A stretch of DNA of 63,938 bases, the filler included, from Perkinsus olseni (lineage: Eukaryota), in the NCBI GenBank assembly GCA_013115125.1. It is 3 parts of 3 records of this genome, joined end to end, with 100 filler letters (N's around TTAATTAATTAA, not from the genome) between each part and the next. Parts side by side here need not be neighbours in the genome. Positions count along the whole stretch, not along the records: positions 44,337 to 63,938 come from JABANN010000595.1; 2 more parts are not named here. The stretch is one strand, 5' to 3'. A program made the translations under genes and the position numbers. Below are positions 59,861 through 63,938 of this stretch, piece after piece. How positions within the stretch are numbered: the stretch's first letter is position 1; each line of letters opens with the position of its first letter. Below the pieces are notes generated by a model that worked only from the letters and a program-made list of their open reading frames with translations, searched no databases and was not told the origin of the DNA.

Positions 59861-60332
59861 GTCCGCTTTCAGCTTATGTAATTGCCTCTTCCGGTGTGGT
59901 AGTGAAAACAGCCTTCGGATTGGGGAGGAGGAGAACAGACAGAATATCAGTGTTATCTGAAGGACCGTGAATGATTAGTGGGCGGTGTGGTACTGAAGAA
60001 CGTTCCTTACAATAAAAATATAGACCGTCGTTATACCGTTACCCTCCTCGGGTAAGGTGTGGGCCAGAGCGAAGCCCGCAATGGAACTGGGGACTAGTAA
60101 ACGAGGGAGGGACTCGGCCATGGTAGTACGTTACGAAAACAAGGGGTAGATGCGCAGTTGTAGGTGCTTCCGTCTTGTGCATCGCTCCGCCTACAAAATG
60201 AGATTTGTTCTGCATTTTTGTCTTTGCAATCCCCGAGGCTCTCAAGAAGTCTTGCCTCCGGTACCGGTCCGCTTACCCTTCCGGGCAGACCACCGGTCGG
60301 TATCGTCAATTCGTAGTTCCAGTTTCCTTCCG

Positions 60333-63300
60333 ATGGAAGCCACGACGTCATCACCAGCAGCGACTGCCCCGTCGGAGCCCCTCAGGGTTGCTGATGAAGA
60401 TGTGGATATCTTAACAAATGAGGTTGGCCGGGCTGGTAATAATACGGGCGGTATTTTGATAGAAAAACGGTAAAATCACCTTTGAAAACTCTGTCCTTTG
60501 GCGAATGTAGAATCACCATCTGATGGCTACGAGAGCAGCGAAGTCCCTCTACCGCCCTCCCTGGTATGCATAGCCCTGTCGTGAGGCCTCCCGCTTGGTG
60601 GACGGGTCGCAGCAGTGAGCAATCTTCTTTGAAAAAAATGCAGTTTTCTGGTGGGCGGAGGAAGTGGTCGAGGGACTGGTGGTCTTCATAACGTCTCTTG
60701 GAAGGGTTGAGCGTCGACTGGACCAGGGATAAATCCAGATGGAATTTCAATGGGGGATAGTTATAGAATTAAAGTAGATAGACGATGGAGTGGTACGAAG
60801 AGCGCATGCTTCCGCGTGTGCATTGACTGATGTATGGACGGGTTCATAGGCGTAGGATTAGTCAGTTAAGGAGGGCTCGGCAATTACAGGGTTTTTATGA
60901 AGGGCTTGTCCTGCTAGCTGCGGGTTGCCCTCACCCACATCATTAGACTGTTAGGAGTATTCGGTAGTTCGGGTGGTTCGGGTCCGATTGCAATTATCTT
61001 TGTGCACCGAGCTGTAGATGGTACAATCGTCACGTCCCTCATCACCAAGGGGGCCGGCCTTCACGCAATAGTGGTCTCCAAAAACTTCTCTCGAAGACTT
61101 GCGGCGCCACGGTTGGGGAACTCGCTGCAACCGAGTGTGGAAGGCTTCTACCGTTTTGGTGCAGAGGCTGTTCAGTAGACAAGTTCAGGAAGTTTAGAAT
61201 CGATTCTGGAACCGCATTTTACGAGAAAGAATGAATCCCAGGAACGAGTATGAGTTTCATACTTGGTTTTTCAAATGAGGGCAGATTCCGCGATGAAAAA
61301 TCTCTCTGTCTTTGAGATTGATTTTTCGCCGATGAGCGACGCGTGGGGTAGGTACTGCCGAGGAGGCCCTCAGTCTCTATGAGCACAACAAAATCCACTT
61401 CAAGTCCAGTGCGAGGTTGATGGCTGCTGAGGTATCTTATGTCAACTCGTGCTCTCCGTAGAGGTGGTCTGCTAGGTAAGAGCACTCGCCAAGTTCAAGG
61501 ATGATGGCTCTGCCACTACTGAATGGATGGACTCCCCTTCCTTCCTCCACTTCACCGCTGCTGTTGTTGGTAATAACACCCCTACTGTGACCCGAGCAGC
61601 CCGCTCTTTCAGATTGCTCGGCAAGCTATCTCGGAGAACTGTCGTCGTGGGCTAGTGAGGAACTCATCACAGTTTTCAAGGCTTTGGCGGCTCTCGACAT
61701 CGACCAACCCTTCGTAACACTGACGGCAATGATACCGGTCTATCAACTGCGGTTTCTTAGACCCTTCTGGCGGCCTGTCTTCCGGAGAGGTTGATGGACC
61801 TTACGCCGAAGAATCTTTCGGAGTATCTTTCGTTGCTGGCTCGGACACCCGAGGTTGTCAGTGATGATTTGCTGAGTTTAATTTTGGATGAGTTGGTATG
61901 AGCCTTTGCGTGCCTCGTGTCCCAGTTTCGGTCGTCTTAGCACCTTCGGAAGTGGCAAGGTGGATTCGCTCACCAGGATTTGAACTTGGCTCTGTCATCG
62001 CTTCTGGTCCTTTGCCGAGCTGCCAGAGAGAGTAGCCCTAAAGTTTGCGAGGTAATCGTCGTTTATCGGGTGAATTTTTCCGGAAGTGGGAGTGCTTGGC
62101 AGATCTTCGCCCAAGCGGCCGATGTTGTTGCCCAGATGCCGGGCAGTAGCGGGTAGGGGCAGTGCTTGGTCGGGGTGGTTGGCAAGGGCGGTGGTGTTAG
62201 TTACTTCTCGCGGGCGTTGGATTCTCTCACTACGATAACGGCGGCGCCTGGACAAGGGATGCCGGGTAGTAAAGGGAGAAGGGATAGAACCAGGGTCCTC
62301 CGGGTTGGCAGATGGACGCTCTACCGTTACGATAGTGAGGAGTGGCATTGCTTCAGGGGCGACTGCATTGCTGGACCGATTGACCAAGGAGGGTGTTGGC
62401 CAGTTGAACGATATGGGGACATCTGAGCTCAGCCAGATGGCATCCAGCGTAAGCTCTCTTCAACCCGCCAGCCCGTCCCACTACCCCTTCCCCCAGATCC
62501 TTCGACGACCCTTGTCCTCGGAAGGAGGTCCGGCGGCTGCGGCTGACAACCTAGCTGAGTCGATTGCCGGAGAGGTCTTGCGTCGTGACATCCTACTCTT
62601 CACTCCCAACGAGGTTGGGAATTAAATTTCTCGTCGTTGAGGGACTGCGACTGTGCGCAGGTATCAGAGCTCCTGGCTGCTTTTGGCGGAGGGTACGGGC
62701 TGGCTAAGGCCTTCTGTCGAGACTACATACCCGACCGTATGAGCACTTTCGAAGTTAATGACATGGTGGCTATGCTGTATGCTGTGGGGACCCAGAAGTG
62801 AGTTCTGAAGGAGGGCGGCGTCCGTGGCTCTCCTACAGGGAAGGATGTTGTCGTTTGAGGTTCGGACGGCGTAGATCGGGTTTTCAGTGGTCGTGGATGG
62901 GTTATATCTTTGGTTAGAAAATTCCTATTTTTTCGGTGATTTGCCAACGAACTCGGGAAATTACGGTATTTGCGGGCGCCGATATTTATTGTGGATATTC
63001 GTAGCACCCGATGTTGATCTTCCCGCGACAGATTTTGATGGGGGTTTCCGCGGCTCTTACTGCGCCCTACAGAAATGAAGGATCACTTTCGCCCTGGGGA
63101 GCTCTTCACCTTTTTTTTCTTCTTCGTCTCAGCCTGGACCTGCTCGAGTCCATGTGCCAGTACATGAGCACTTACAACTACGCTAGGATGAGGAGAGAGC
63201 TGCGAGCTGACGTAGGCTGGCAGCCCCAGTGCCCTCAGCGATCAGGACGTCCTTCCAGGTGCTCTGTCGGTCACTACACGATCTGTCTCTTTCTGCTGAG

Positions 63301-63860
63301 GCAACGACCAAGGCAAAGAAGCTGTTTGAGTTCGCTGCGAATGACTTTGATCTGGCCAAGTACCGTAAATTCCCCGATTCTCCCTTCCTACCATCCCCTC
63401 AGGTGCGACTCGGCCAGTCTGTGTGAGCTGGCTAAGGCAATGCTACGGTGTAAGGAGGCTTCGGTCGATAAGAAGAAAGTGTAGGTCCTCTCTCCTCCCA
63501 CGGCCGTCGAGTAGGCCTGTACCATCAGTTTCTCTCGTCTGTGCTCGACAAGGACGGCTGTTGATGATCCTGATGTCCTGGTGGCCATCGCGATGTCTGG
63601 CGTATGGGACAGCGGGTAGTAATGGTGCTTTAGTGGCCAGATGGGTTAATACCAAATCTTTCCGAACGGGCAGAAGTATAAATGAAATGACAGTGAGGCT
63701 AGTCCCCAGAGGATGTTGATGAACCGGTCATTAAGGTACTTCGAGGAGGCTTCTCAGAGGCAACTGAAATCGAAGTCCAAGTCAGCGGAGCGAAGTATCT
63801 ACACGCTTTATGCCATTTCCTACGGCCTCAACGTAATACCCAATCCTCCTTCCTCGACGG
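60333..63860 (+). CDS. Multi-exon hypothetical helical-repeat protein; boundaries uncertain, runs toward the window end
   Basis: GT-AG-bounded exons encoding helical segments (SSWASEELITVFKALAALD; DLTPKNLSEYLSLLA; FTPNE/VSELLAAF; FEVNDMVAMLYAV), reminiscent of organellar HPR/OPR-type repeats. Confidence 0.5.
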
Positions 63861-63868
63861 TCATCTTG

Positions 63869-63869
63869 G

Positions 63870-63937
<68 letters not shown>

Positions 63938-63938
63938 G
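63869..63938. repeat. (GTT)n microsatellite
   Basis: About 23 units running to the window end. Confidence 0.95.

Noticed and set aside
60060-60100. Helitron-like 3' end (GGGC..GCCC hairpin then CTAGT)
   Set aside because: The stem is only 4 bp and no matching 5' end could be identified.

Overview
Eukaryotic, intron-rich nuclear DNA with mostly 40-60 nt GT-AG introns. The gene style and lineage-specific secreted-protein families suggest an alveolate parasite, most likely Perkinsus; this is an inference, not a database result. The window is three contigs joined by artificial 100-nt N/TTAATTAATTAA/N linkers (22072-22171, 44237-44336). Recognisable genes: TruD/PUS7 pseudouridine synthase, ATG18/WIPI, PRP6, RRP3/DDX47, an axonemal dynein heavy chain with an intact antisense tRNA-Ala(AGC) in one intron, an RNF32-like RING-IQ-RING protein, SCO1 and a long-chain polyprenyl diphosphate synthase, plus WD40 and secreted hypothetical genes. 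Four observations stand out. (1) A 1,349-bp non-autonomous Transib-like element (54323-55671) with RSS-heptamer-like CACGGTG ends, ~120-bp TIRs and a perfect CGCCG target-site duplication. (2) Several spliceosomal introns built largely from tRNA 3'-half relics, two of them with the Pol III terminator T-run positioned as the polypyrimidine tract. (3) An ~870-bp inverted WD40 duplication bracketing the whole dynein contig. (4) Tandem secreted paralogs with RxLR-like basic leaders. Multi-exon gene coordinates are gene spans, and several 5' ends are approximate.
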